This document shows, piece after piece, positions 1 through 10,402 of a stretch of DNA of 31,734 nt. The translations under genes were made by a program, and so were the position numbers. A model generated the notes under the pieces. It searched no databases, was not told the DNA's origin, and was given only the letters and a program-made list of their open reading frames with translations. Where the stretch lies: contig MTSL01000125.1 in the NCBI GenBank assembly GCA_002794465.1, positions 21,648 through 53,381 on the forward strand. The letters run 5' to 3'. Position 1 is the stretch's first letter. Each line of letters starts with the position of its first letter. Source of the DNA: Paramicrosporidium saccamoebae KSL3 (Eukaryota; Fungi; Cryptomycota).

Positions 1-95
1 TTCTACCTCTACAGCATGATTTCCATAAGTAATTATTCATGCGGTAATGGGGCCGGAACATAAATACTCGCCCATGCATGACTGCATGACCAACA

Positions 96-1218
96 ATGGA
101 CACGTACATTTCTGAACGTTCAATGATGACCGAGCCCGAGGAGATGGAGGCGAATCCATCTGCCTATGTTGGCGGCGCTGAAGACGATGGGACCATCATG
201 CCTGCAGAAGAGTTGCAGAATCATGGCATCAGTGCAGTTGATATCCAAAAGCTCAAGATTGCTGGTATATGCACCATCAAGGGCGTCAATATGACATCCA
301 AACGAGCACTGCTCAAGGTCAAAGGGCTGTCAGAGGCCAAAGTAGACAAGATTAAGGAGGCGGCGAGTAAGATTCAGGATTCCGGCTTCATCTCTGCGTT
401 GGAGTTTTCGTTGAGAAGGGCTGTGGTCTTTAAGCTAAGCACTGGCAGTGAAGACTTTGATCGTCTCTTGGGCGGTAGGGTTGTGGAGATTGACTGATAA
501 GCTAGGTGGAGTTCAAAGCATGTCGATTACCGAAGTGTTTGGCGAATTTCGCACCGGGAAAACTCAGTTGTGTCTGACTTTGTGCATAGCATGCCAACTG
601 CCCGACGGAAATGGACAGACTGGAAAGGCCGCATTCATCGACACGGAAGGGACTTTGTAACTGGGCTAATGGAGCTATTGATTTTATAGTCGTCCAGAGA
701 GGTTGAAGGAGATTGCCAGCCGATTTGGTATGGATCCTGACGAAGCCCTAGACAATGTAATTTACGCCAGAGCATTTAACACTGAACATCAAATGGACCT
801 GATCACTCTTATTGCGGCCAAGTTTGCCGAACATCCTGGCGAATATCGTCTCTTAGTCATTGACTCGATCATCAGTCTCTTCCGTACCGACTACTCTGGT
901 CGTGGTGAGCTGGGGGAACGCCAACAAAGGCTCAATCAAATGCTTGCCAAGCTGATCCGCGTTGCTGAAGAGTACAACGTGGCTGTCTTTATTACAAACC
1001 AAATGATGGCAGATCCGGGAGCAACAATGACCTTTGTAGCGGATCCGAAAAAGCCAGTGGGAGGACACGTACTTGCACATGCCAGTGCAACAAGAGTAGC
1101 ACTGAGGAAGGGAAGGAACGAGACGAGGATTGCCAAAATCTACGATGCCCCTGATCTGCCCGAAGCCGAGGCCACCTATGCCATCACCAACGGAGGCATT
1201 GATAATGCCACTGATTAG
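96..1218 (+). CDS. DMC1: Meiosis-specific recombinase DMC1; join(96..474,506..656,690..1218), 352 aa
   Basis: Splicing out GT-AG introns 475..505 (31 nt) and 657..689 (33 nt) joins three ORFs into [25 protein letters not shown] ... DTEGTFRPER ... [13 protein letters not shown] ... [25 protein letters not shown] and TMTF.ADPKKP are DMC1-type rather than RAD51-type. Confidence 0.95.
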
Positions 1219-1278
1219 TATAATGTTTGTGGCGAATACTTGTGCGATGCTTGTAATAATTATCTGCTTAATGTTTGT

Positions 1279-1284
1279 AATAAA
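1279..1284 (+). terminator. AATAAA poly(A) signal of DMC1 (representative; equivalents at 2960..2965 minus, 8067..8072, 12907..12912 minus, 19556..19561, 20555..20560, 24616..24621, 26135..26140, 31263..31268)
   Basis: The hexamer lies within about 60 nt after, or overlaps, the stop codon of nine genes, and is usually followed by G/T-rich sequence. Confidence 0.7.
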
Positions 1285-1343
1285 AATCTTTTATTGGAAT
1301 TCCGTGTCCGTAGTGTGGGGGCTGTAGATGTAATGTGCTCGTT

Positions 1344-1441
1344 CCCCCTCTTTCACCCCCTTCCACCCTCTTTACCCTCTTCACCCTCTTCCACCCTCTC
1401 CCATACTCTTACCCACACTTCCCTATCCACATTTACCACCC
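1344..1441 (-). repeat. Purine-rich degenerate 9-10 bp repeat with seven G3+ runs (G-quadruplex motif 1344..1402) between convergent DMC1 and IVD
   Basis: Minus strand reads GGG-AGA-GGG-TGGAAGA-GGG-TGAAGA-GGG-TAAAGA-GGG-TGGAA-GGGGG-TGAAAGA-GGGGG; all loops are 7 nt or less. Confidence 0.7.
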
Positions 1442-1448
1442 CCGCGCA

Positions 1449-2711
1449 CTAACTACTAAAGAGTTTGTTGTACTCGCGCCCAATAATCATTCTTCTAATT
1501 TCACTGGTGCCAGCACCAATTTCATACAATTTTGCATCTCTTAGCAATCTGCCCGTGGGATACTCGTTGATGTAGCCATTCCCACCTAAACATTGAATGG
1601 CACTCAATGCTACCCTTGTTGCATTCTCTGCTGCAAACAAAATCGCACCGGCACACTCTTTAGAGTCGCGCACTCCGGCATCGCAGGCACGGGCAACAGA
1701 GTAGACGTAGGCACGGGAGGCGGATAGACTCGTGTGCATATCTGCAATGAGACCTTGGAGGAGCTGGAACTGACCAATGGGACGGCCAAATTGCTCGCGG
1801 GTGTTTACATAGGGCAAAACGACATCCATACACGCCTGCATAATTCCCAGGGGACCACCTGACAACACGGCCCGCTCGTAATCGAGGCCACTCATCAAAA
1901 TGTACACACCATCGCCCTCCTTTCCCATCAGATTTGCTTTGGGAACGCGACAATTTTCAAAGACGAGTTCACATGTATTGCTGCCCCGCATGCCAAGCTT
2001 GTCCAATTTCTGAGAGGTAGTAAAGCCGGCCATTCCCTTTTCCACCAAAAATGCTGAGATTCCCTTTGGACCGGCAGAGGGATCGGTTTTGGCGTAGACT
2101 ACGAGGACTTCAGCATCGGGTCCGTTGGTGATCCACATTTTGGTGCCATTCAAAACATAGAAATCGCCTTCTTTGGTGGCACTCGTCCGCATGCTGACCA
2201 CATCACTGCCAGCCCCCGCCTCGCTCATGGCCAAAGCGCCCACATGTTCTCCGCTGATCAGCTTTGGCAAGAAGCGCTCCTTCTGTTCCTCATTTCCGTT
2301 TCTGACAATCTGGTTTACGCACAGGTTAGAGTGTGCGCCATAACTCAGAGCAACTGAAGCAGAGGCGCGACTGAGGGCTTCCATGGCGAGGACATGTTCA
2401 AAATAGCCCATCCCAAGACCTCCAGCAGACTCGGGTGCCGTGATGCCAAGAAGACCAATGGCCCCGAGTTGGGGCCAAAGGTCGCGGGGAAAAGTGTTGG
2501 TCTCGTCAATTTTTGCAGCACGTGGTGCCACTTGTTCGTCTGCAAATCGATTCACAGCAGTAACCAACTGACTCTGTAGGTCGTTCAGATGAGCCAACGA
2601 ATACGGATTCAGATGTGAAGAATATCGACGAGTCTGTACAATAGCATTGGCGATGGTAGCAGCAGCAGTAGCGGTGGCGGTAGCGGTAGCGGTAGTGACA
2701 AGTCTCAACAT
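1449..2711 (-). CDS. IVD: Isovaleryl-CoA dehydrogenase, mitochondrial (acyl-CoA dehydrogenase family), intronless
   Basis: [87 protein letters not shown]. First ATG is at 2711 (ORF-track start 2717 is TTG). N-terminus resembles a mitochondrial presequence and contains an (AT)n Ala-Thr repeat. Confidence 0.93.
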   Translation of the reverse strand: MLRLVTTATATATATAAATIANAIVQTRRYSSHLNPYSLAHLNDLQSQLVTAVNRFADEQVAPRAAKIDETNTFPRDLWPQLGAIGLLGITAPESAGGLGMGYFEHVLAMEALSRASASVALSYGAHSNLCVNQIVRNGNEEQKERFLPKLISGEHVGALAMSEAGAGSDVVSMRTSATKEGDFYVLNGTKMWITNGPDAEVLVVYAKTDPSAGPKGISAFLVEKGMAGFTTSQKLDKLGMRGSNTCELVFENCRVPKANLMGKEGDGVYILMSGLDYERAVLSGGPLGIMQACMDVVLPYVNTREQFGRPIGQFQLLQGLIADMHTSLSASRAYVYSVARACDAGVRDSKECAGAILFAAENATRVALSAIQCLGGNGYINEYPTGRLLRDAKLYEIGAGTSEIRRMIIGREYNKLFSS

Positions 2712-2829
2712 TAACAATTAAATGTGTAAAATGCTGATATGGGCCATGTCAATGTTAATCCTATTGTGTGGATTACGTTGACGTAGATCAATCAGGATCT
2801 TGGATGCTCAAAGACTTGAAATCTAAATA

Positions 2830-2947
2830 TTCACGCACTCAACTACCCACATCCAAATACCCAAATACCCAACTACTCTCCACAACTCCCAACTATTCCC
2901 AACTATTCCCAACTATTCTCAACTACTCTCAACTACTCTCGACTACA
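2830..2947. repeat. Degenerate 10-bp tandem repeat (CAACTATTCC / CAACTACTCT), G/T-rich on the minus strand just downstream of the PSA1 poly(A) signal
   Basis: aactactctc cacaactccc aactattccc aactattccc aactattctc aactactctc aactactctc seen directly; minus-strand AATAAA at 2960..2965. Confidence 0.85.
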
Positions 2948-2974
2948 CACAGACAAGGCTTTATTACACAGATC

Positions 2975-4090
2975 TTACATAATGATCTGGGGAGTAGCAA
3001 TATTGGTCGAGAGCGTCTTGTTAGGCAGGACAATCGCACCATTTACATAAAGTTCATCCCCCACGGCAACATCATCACCGAGCACAGCTCCCCCTTCCAC
3101 ACGCGACCAGCTTCCCACTGTTGCACGCCAGCCGATAATTGTCGACGACACGAATGCATGGGATTTGATGCGAGCACCTTCCATTACGGCAGAGTTGCTA
3201 ATGCGTGCGCCATCTTCAATGATCACGTTGGCACCCACGGTTACATTTGGCCCGATTAGGCAGCCCTTTCCAATTTGGGCAGTCGAGTCAACCAGGACAT
3301 TTCCCTTGACACACTCGCCCTTGTGCAAGTTTTGGGGCTTCTTCTCCGCCAGGGAGCCGAGGTACAGGCCGAGACCGATGAGATAGTCCTTGGGCTGGCC
3401 AACGTCCATCCAGTATCCCTTCAAGTCCATCGAATGGAGCTCGCCATCCTTGGCCATGTCGGGGAAGACTTCTTTCTCAATGGAGGTGGGTTTGGGTTGG
3501 ATTCGGTCCAGAATCTTGGGATTGAAAATGTAAATACCGGCATTGATGCGATCGCCAACAAATTCCTTTGGCTTCTCAACAAAGCTCTCAATCTGAGTAG
3601 TGCCTGCTGCAGTCACAATGACTCCATACTTGCTGGGCTCTTCGACTTTGGTCACCAGAATGGTTCCCTCGGCACCATGTTTTTTGTGAAATGCAACCAT
3701 TTCCTCAAAGGGGAAATCACAGATAATGTCGCTGTTGAGGACAAAGAAGGGCTCCTCGTCCTTTCCGAGGATTTCTTTTGCGAGCGCCAGCGGGCCTGCA
3801 GTACCCAACGGCTCGCTTTCCACTGAAAAGTGGATGGAAAGTCCGAGCTTCTCCTCATACTCCTTCATGGTGGCCTGCATAATCTCGGGACGGTAGTTGA
3901 CTGCCAGCACTACATCTGTCACGCCCGCCTTGGCAAGACTCTCAATTTGATGCATAATCATCGGCTTGTTAGCAAAGGGCACGAGGGGCTTGGGCAATGT
4001 CAGGGTCAATGGACGCAAGCGTGTTCCAAAACCTACAATCAACCACTCTCACCAGTCCCACATACCTCCAACCAGAATTAGCGCTTTCAT
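2975..4090 (-). CDS. PSA1: Mannose-1-phosphate guanylyltransferase (GDP-mannose pyrophosphorylase); complement(join(2975..4032,4066..4090)), 360 aa
   Basis: Removing intron 4033..4065 (33 nt) gives [33 protein letters not shown]; also EPLGTAGPL, LNSD, EKP, YWMDVGQPKD and a C-terminal hexapeptide beta-helix. Confidence 0.96.
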
Positions 4091-4283
4091 TTGTGTAGTG
4101 ACTACGACTCCCCAGGACGCGGTCTTCTATTTATGGAGCTGTAGCAGGGAATAAAGCTACAAATAAAAGAGTCTCCCGAAATGGACGAATTAAACTCGTG
4201 CCACTATGGCAACCGAAATAGGCTTTATCGATGTGGTGGTTTGCCAGTTTCCCAATATAGTTTACCGGTTTACTAATTGGTGT

Positions 4284-6214
4284 CTAAGCTGCCTTTTTCT
4301 TCCGGAAGGGTAGGAACACTTCTCGGTTGTAAAGCAGCGTGTCCCTTCCAAATAGACGGACCAAATCCGTCATGCACTGGGATCGACTGGTTAAATGGCC
4401 GCCCTTTATAGAAATACCCGATGTGGTCCCAAAATCGTCCACATGCAGCAGCACTGCCGACGGCTTGGACCCCGTCATTCCGCTGACCAGCATATTCATG
4501 GCAATGTCTTCGCAATTCATATTGTCGTCAATGTATTTGTGGATCTTTAGGGGGAGGAGGCAGGTGTAAATGTAGAGAAACTCGGCATTGATGAACATGA
4601 ACTTTGTGAGCATGATAGAGTAGATACGGGGACGGTCAGGCGAGCGGATCTCGTAGTTATAAGTGTTATTGTTAGAGTTGTAAGAGTGGAAGCGAGGAAA
4701 GACTCCAACGAGCGAGTTTTGTCGGCCCTTCCAGACGTCAAATGCATATTCAATGTCGGTAATGTTCACACGGACATCGTCGTCACAGACCAGCAATGCC
4801 TTGGTTTCCAAATTTGGAATCGGATTGAACCGATTGTTAAGCGAATCGTACTTTTGGGGCAATATCTCCACTGGCGGTTTCTTGCGAACCGTCTTGAGAA
4901 ACTCTTCAGGTGGCCGAACACCCGGATTGTGCCAGGTCACGTAAATCTTGTGCACCAATCTGCTCTTTTGATAATGCAGGATCAGCTTCCGCAGCAGTGC
5001 CACACGGTCCCAGGTGCCGATGAGCACGCTAAACTTGTTCTGAATGATAAACTTTTTCGGTGTATAAGAGGTGGATTGCGGAGCGCAAATGTCAATGGCA
5101 CGACGAAGATTGGGCCAGTTGACGTATGGACTGAATTCTTCCCGGTGGACGGCCTGTAGGGCTTGGAGGTGCATCTGGTGCCAGTAGTAAAAGATGATCG
5201 GCTCAAAGTTGAGCTCCCATTCGGGGTGAGCGCGTGTGTGGAAATTCCAGGGCGAGGTGTGCGGTACAAAGTGGAACACTTTGGCATTTCTACGGAGCAT
5301 TGGCCAGACTGCATAGTCCTGAGTAGATTAGCAATGTATAGGGAGTGTACTTTTTGCCTCAAGACGGTATTGTAACGAGCAGAGATGACATTTGTGGTCC
5401 GATTGTGAAAGAACCAGTTGAGAAAGCCTTGCTCCCCGAGAAAATTGGGAGGAGCTAGTTTGTAAACATTCAGCATTTCCTGATATGTCCTGGCCGAGGG
5501 CTCGAGCACAAACATGCCCGTATTAAATTCGTCTCCAACCACCTTTACCGCCGAGAATTCGGGATACTGGAACACTTCATCAAAGTTTTGTACAACGAGC
5601 AGACTGGGATCGAGGAATACGAGCTTGGAATATTTCGTAAGCGACCAAGCATGAATCTTGGAATACTTGCATAATCGCTGGAATGACGGCCGTTTCCCAT
5701 TACTCCTCTTAAATGGAGTGGGAATCATGGACAATTTTTCAATTGTAGCCCCCAATGAAACCAAATCGTCCAATCCCTCGGTTGCAAAGGGCAAAGTCAT
5801 AATGATTAGCGGAAATTGGGCCTTGGCTCGCTTCAACGCATAGGTGAGCACGCGTGCATTGGCGAGTCCTGAATTGTCGCAGAGCAAGGTTACGTATGCA
5901 TAGTTTGTCTTTTCATTGCGTACCAGATCCTTGGGTGCATCAACGGGGAGAAGCACTCCGTGGGCTTCGTGCTCGCGGTGGTCATTGACCATGATGGCGC
6001 CATCCGCCGCATCCAAAAGTGTCTCAAACTCGCTTGAATCGAAAAAAAGACGTCTCTCAACCGCAAGATATATTATCCCCCCAATTAGAAGAGAAATGGC
6101 CCCGAAAAGGAGCACGCTGATCAAGTAGGTGCTGCGCCTGGGTCGCTCTGGGTCGGGGATAACCCGATTCTGTTCCAGAGACCACCGGTTATGGTGGTAG
6201 CGGTTGGTCAGCAT
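4284..6214 (-). CDS. Type II membrane glycosyltransferase, GT8 (glycogenin/PGSIP-like) fused to GT64 (EXTL2/EPC1-like); complement(join(4284..5318,5351..6214))
   Basis: N-terminal TM (LISVLLFGAISLLIGGIIYLAV); GT8 motifs YAYVTLL, YSKIHAWSLTKYSKLVFLD, FNTGMFVLEPS, GEQGFLN; a 32-nt intron 5319..5350 joins in frame to GT64 motifs FSVLIGTW, SLNNRF, CDDD, VG.FPR, YSIMLTKFMF, NCEDIAMN, HL..RS.C. Start ATG 6214 is the first in frame and is uncertain. Confidence 0.85.
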
Positions 6215-6307
6215 CACTGATTACCACCCATAACGCCATCTTCTACCGAGACCTTCGTATAACCAAAGATGGACAAACCGCAAACGAAATGCATTTTGTC
6301 GTTTCTT

Positions 6308-7058
6308 ATGGGCTGTCGTTGTGGAGGTGGTGCCGAGCATGAGCACGCCGTTGATCCAGATGCTGCCTCGGCAAAGTCTCTGCATCAATTTGTAGATTGG
6401 AGACAATCGTTAACAGTCAATGCAAAACGTCCCACTACTCTGGAGAATGTTCTCCGAGCAAAGTTTGCCGCTAGCGGCGACGACGGCGGTAGTGGTGGGG
6501 TGTGTGGCAACATTCTTAAAAGTGATACCGACTCGCAAATGATCATCAAGATACAGTATGGTAGAATGGGGTTTTAATGTTTCTAGATTTACTGGAACGG
6601 TAAAAATCAAGTCACTTTCGATACACTCGGATGGCACCGTGTCCAGCCCTAGCAAGGTCAAGGCGTAATGTTGCAGCCCTGTGCTCACAAGCTTAGATAT
6701 GTGAACATGCCGGATTTAGACTTTTCTTCAATTGAAGGAAAACCGGTTGCCCAGGAATGGGATCTTGTCCACCCGGATGAGCAAACATTAGAGCCCATTC
6801 AGTATCCCACAAAGTTACCAAATCGGGGCAAAGCTTGACTATTTAGGATTTTCAAATTTTCCAACGTAAACCACCTTACATTATTTATTCCGGGCAACTT
6901 TGGAGCACCAGAGACCCACATTTCGTTTATTGGCGTCTATGGCGACTTTTCCCAAGTCAGGATAGGCGCTGTCCATGCCACGTACGAGCTAAAGCCAAAT
7001 GTGGCCGATCATAAGACTGATGCTCATTGGAAGAGCACCTCCCAGTCGGGATTTTAAG
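6308..7058 (+). CDS. PITHD1: PITH domain-containing protein; join(6308..6555,6587..6664,6697..6813,6847..7058)
   Basis: Introns of 31, 32 and 33 nt restore LKSDTDSQMIIKIQFTGTVKIKSL ... PSKVKAYVNMPDLDF ... YPTKIFKFSNVNHLTLFIPGNFG ... VHATYELKPNVADHK. Not visible as a single ORF in the track. Start could be ATG 6269 instead. Confidence 0.85.
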
Positions 7059-7101
7059 TAAACTGTTTTTGTAAGATTGATAGTAAAGACGTTTGATTAT
7101 T

Positions 7102-8071
7102 ATGACGGACGAGGAGACTTTGCTAGAATATGGTTTTTGTCTAGAGAAAGTGTAATTGCAACTGGTGGGATAGTTATAGTGCTAGGAAAAAGGCCTTGAA
7201 GGCTACTGGTAATAGTGGCATTCAGCCTGCTCTAGATTGGCTTGCCGAGAATCAAGACTCTGAAGAGGGCGGATGTGAGAAGGGCGGTTCCGAAGAAGGT
7301 AATCCCAAAAGAGGCGACTCTAAAGGAGGCGACTCCAAGGGGGATGACCCTGAGGATGACGAACCAAAGTCACTGAAATGCAACGATTGTGATAAAACGT
7401 TCTCCTCGGTGGCTATTGCACAATTCCATGCTGCAAAGACTGGGCATCAAGATTTCAGCGAATCCACAGAATCACGTCCGGAATTGACGGCAGAGGAAAA
7501 GACGGCCCGGCTCGCTGAACTCCGCGCACGCCTTGAGGATAAGCGAAAGCTGGACAAGCTGAAGGGAGAGGAGGAAAGGCGAGAGGCAGAGCTACTGCGT
7601 CGCAAATCTGGTCATAATGCGGCAATGGCGAGACGAGAAATGCAGGAAAAGGAAATGGTCAAGGCGGCCGAACAATTACGGAAGGATCGGGAGGAGGAAA
7701 AGCAGATTAGAGCAAAAATTAGAGCAGAGATGGAGGAAGAGAAGCGTCTCCGAAAGGCTGCAGCCGAAGAGAAGCCTATCAAGTCTGAAGAGCCCCTCAA
7801 ACTCGAAGAGCCTCTTAAGCTCGTCTCACAAGACTCGGACAGCGTGAGGATCCAAGTTAAACTGACTGGAGGCGACCATGTCAAGGCCGTGTTCAAGTCG
7901 TCTGACAAACTTGCGGCTCTGTTGGACAAGTTGTCAGAGACGATGCCATTGACGCCCGCAAACAAGTTGATCATCCCGTTCCCAAGAACGTATATTGATA
8001 TTGTAGCAGATGCTGAAAAGACGTTTATGGAACTTGGGCTTTGTCCGAGTGCGTCCCTTGTTCTTGAATAA
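7102..8071 (+). CDS. UBA + C2H2 zinc finger + coiled-coil + UBX domain protein (UBXN1-like Cdc48/p97 cofactor); join(7102..7151,7186..8071)
   Basis: Removing intron 7152..7185 (34 nt) gives MTDEETLLEYGFCLEKVKKALKATGNSGIQPALDWL (UBA-like); LKCNDC...AQFHAAKTGHQDFSES; charged coiled coil; RIQVKLTGG...IPFPR...LGLCPSASLVL (UBX). Confidence 0.85.
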
Positions 8072-8077
8072 AATCAG

Positions 8078-8233
8078 ATGATCAAGTTGAGTGTTAAAGC
8101 TGGGGGCTAAAGTCGGGTGATCAAATTGTGTGGTAAATCCGAGTGACCAAATTGAATAGTAAACTCGAGTGATCAAATTGAGTGGTAAAGTCGAGTGATC
8201 AAACTGAGTAGTAGAGTCGGGTGATCAAGTCGA
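8078..8233 (+). repeat. About 5.5 copies of a 26-bp tandem repeat (GAGTGATCAAATTGAGTGGTAAAGTC-like) directly after AATAAA 8067..8072
   Basis: GTGA(T/C)CAA recurs at 8117, 8143, 8169, 8195 and 8221 (period 26), with a partial copy at 8078. Confidence 0.9.
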
Positions 8234-8317
8234 GCGCTACAACACAAGCGCTACACCACAAGAGCTGCACCACAAGCGTTATACCACAAGCGCTGCACCA
8301 CAAACGCTAAACCACGA
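8234..8317 (+). repeat. Six copies of a 14-bp tandem repeat GCGCTACACCACAA
   Basis: Units start at 8234, 8248, 8262, 8276, 8290 and 8304. Confidence 0.9.
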
Positions 8318-8427
8318 TTTGTAACATTGAATAAGCACGGGATCCTAGCTGTGGGAGAGTATATCATACCTAAAGATCAAAGACTTTTAATCAACGAGAT
8401 ACACTTTTTCCTGCAGGGGCAGCGGTA

Positions 8428-8832
8428 ATGTCGGTGCAGGAGATTCACGGCATTTTCCAGTTTGCCGACGACTTTTTTCCTGAAGAGGATGGAGTGAATG
8501 TTTTTGTTTTACCAGACTATGTACCAAAGACTGTATTTCCGCAGTGGTATCTCGAGGAACAAGACGACCCCTCCAGCGTGTTCAAGGCACGTCTCGATCA
8601 TTTGTATTATACAGGAAAGTACGACGAAGCTTGTGAGCTGGGTCATGAGCACATAAAGTGTGCAACGGGGATCCGGAGGGAGACTTTTGAAGCGGTGCTA
8701 ATGTGTGCCGCGAAGGCAGGGAGGAGGGAACTTTGTTTGCAAATGCTGAACCATCTAGAGTCTTTGGATGTGGAAGATGCAGGACTAGCATATGTTTGTA
8801 GGAAAGCAAGAGATTTGATAGATAAAGCATAG
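8428..8832 (+). CDS. Small TPR-like protein, similar to the N-terminus of metazoan C8orf76-family proteins
   Basis: 134-aa ORF; the pattern F.D.FF.EE......DY..K...PQWY.EE......K...D..YY...Y..A resembles my recollection of human C8orf76 (FEDSVFEE...SYCAKLCEPQWFYEE...KFKGDLAYRRQEY). Not searched. Confidence 0.55.
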   Translation: MSVQEIHGIFQFADDFFPEEDGVNVFVLPDYVPKTVFPQWYLEEQDDPSSVFKARLDHLYYTGKYDEACELGHEHIKCATGIRRETFEAVLMCAAKAGRRELCLQMLNHLESLDVEDAGLAYVCRKARDLIDKA

Positions 8833-8863
8833 TATTTATTGCACTGGTCCGTTGGCATGGGCT

Positions 8864-10092
8864 ATGGGGAGATATTTGGTGCGTTTTGCCCAAATTAGGG
8901 AAGACTTTCGTCTGGACGAACTACGGGCCATTTGTCTCACAGTAGGCGTAGCGTTTCCCGAAAAGGACGCACCAGGCTATTCAGTAGAGGTACTTGAAGA
9001 GTGTTACACTGACTGTAGTCTCCATTTTGGGTGGCCCACTTTGAGAACGATGAGGAGGTTAGAAGGGTGCTTAGTCGAGCTATTCTCATAAGGGAAATTG
9101 TAGAGTTGCTAGCCGAAGGGGACTCGGTGGATTCTCTGGTCGCTTGCACACGTACTCTGCCCACTGAATACTATGAGCCCTACAAGACATTTGCATTCCG
9201 TTTTGTTGTTGATGATTATATGCGCAAGATATGTCTGGAAGAGCAGGTTGCTCTGATTAACAAATTTTCTTTTATGCCGCTACTCGGGCCGGTGTCCATG
9301 ACTGATGCAAAGGTTACCTTTTCAATCCACTGTGACGCAGTTGCCGGTAGAAACTATTTGGGACGGCTGATTGGACCGGGAAGTCGAGACTTGATTGACC
9401 GTTTTAATTTGAAGAAGCGAGGCTATTTGGGAACCACTTCTATGGATTCTGAGTTGTCACTCGTCATGTGCAATCTTGCATGCGTTTCCAGTGGTAATTT
9501 GGTGTACGATCCCTTTGTGGGCACTGGCTCACTGCTTTGCACAAGTGCATTCTTTGGCGGATTTCCCATCGGCTCGGATATTGATGGACGACAGATGCGT
9601 GGCTCAGATGGCCGTTCCATACAATCAAACATGCGGCAGTATAATGTCGAAAATCGCTTTATTGGAGGATGCGTTTTTGACATTCTTCAGCACCCATGGC
9701 GTGACGGGTTTCTTGTGGACGCCATTCTTACCGATCCCCCGTATGGAGTACGCGCGGGCGCAAAAAAGATTGGCTGCAAGTACGAATCGCCTCCGTCCTA
9801 CAGTTGCCGCCTGAGCGCCGAGGAGACGGCTGAGAGATACCCCAAAACCATTCCATACGAAATGGTCGATCTTGCCCAAGACTTGCACCAATTTGCGCTC
9901 AAATTCCTACGGATTGGCGGTCGCCTAGTCTACTGGTACCCCATGGAAATTAATGAAGATGAAAGTCGGTCTACAAAGGACCAACTACTGTCAGTGCTCC
10001 CCAAAGTGGACGGAATTGAAATTGTCTCTGTCATATTCCAACAGTGTCGGCTATTTGATCGTTGGTTAGTTACTTTTGAAAGAACTTGTTAG
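8864..10092 (+). CDS. TRM11: tRNA (guanine-10-N2)-methyltransferase catalytic subunit; join(8864..8989,9019..10092)
   Basis: Intron 8990..9018 (29 nt) gives RYLVRFAQIREDFRLDEL...SPFWV; KRGYLGTTSMDSELS, YDPFVGTGSLL, GSDIDGRQ, DAILTDPPYGVRAG, GGRLVYW. Confidence 0.93.
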
Positions 10093-10402
10093 AGAGGGTT
10101 AATACGTTATAATACTATCTACTTAGAGCATGATTAAACGAAACAATTTGCCCTAACAGCCCTCGTTTAGCGTGTGCGATAAAAGTGCAAGTTGAGGAAT
10201 CACCACGTCATGTGAAGTAAAGGATTGATTTGTTGGCTATATGACGTAGAGGGTTGATTAGTTTGGAAAAGACCTAGTTACCGGGTATTTGAGGACTGAG
10301 ATGTGTATCCATACTATTATAGGATTAGCAGTGGACAAACCCCCCCTTTCCCGCCTGACAGTCCATACTATTTATCCCCACTACGCGACAGTCATATATG
10401 GT

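Noticed and set aside
96-1218. RAD51 as the alternative call
   Set aside because: Diagnostic segments ([33 protein letters not shown]) match DMC1 rather than RAD51 (TGSITE, ARQMHLARFL).
2830-2947. C/A-rich array as interstitial telomeric repeat
   Set aside because: The unit is a degenerate 10-mer without TTAGGG-type periodicity and lies in the typical post-poly(A) position.
2768-3259. 163-aa plus-strand ORF with NYSQL repeats
   Set aside because: It is the 10-bp tandem repeat read through into the antisense of PSA1; no protein-like features.
8078-8317. 26-bp and 14-bp repeat arrays as a CRISPR array
   Set aside because: The units are contiguous with no unique spacers, there are no cas genes, and the context is eukaryotic.
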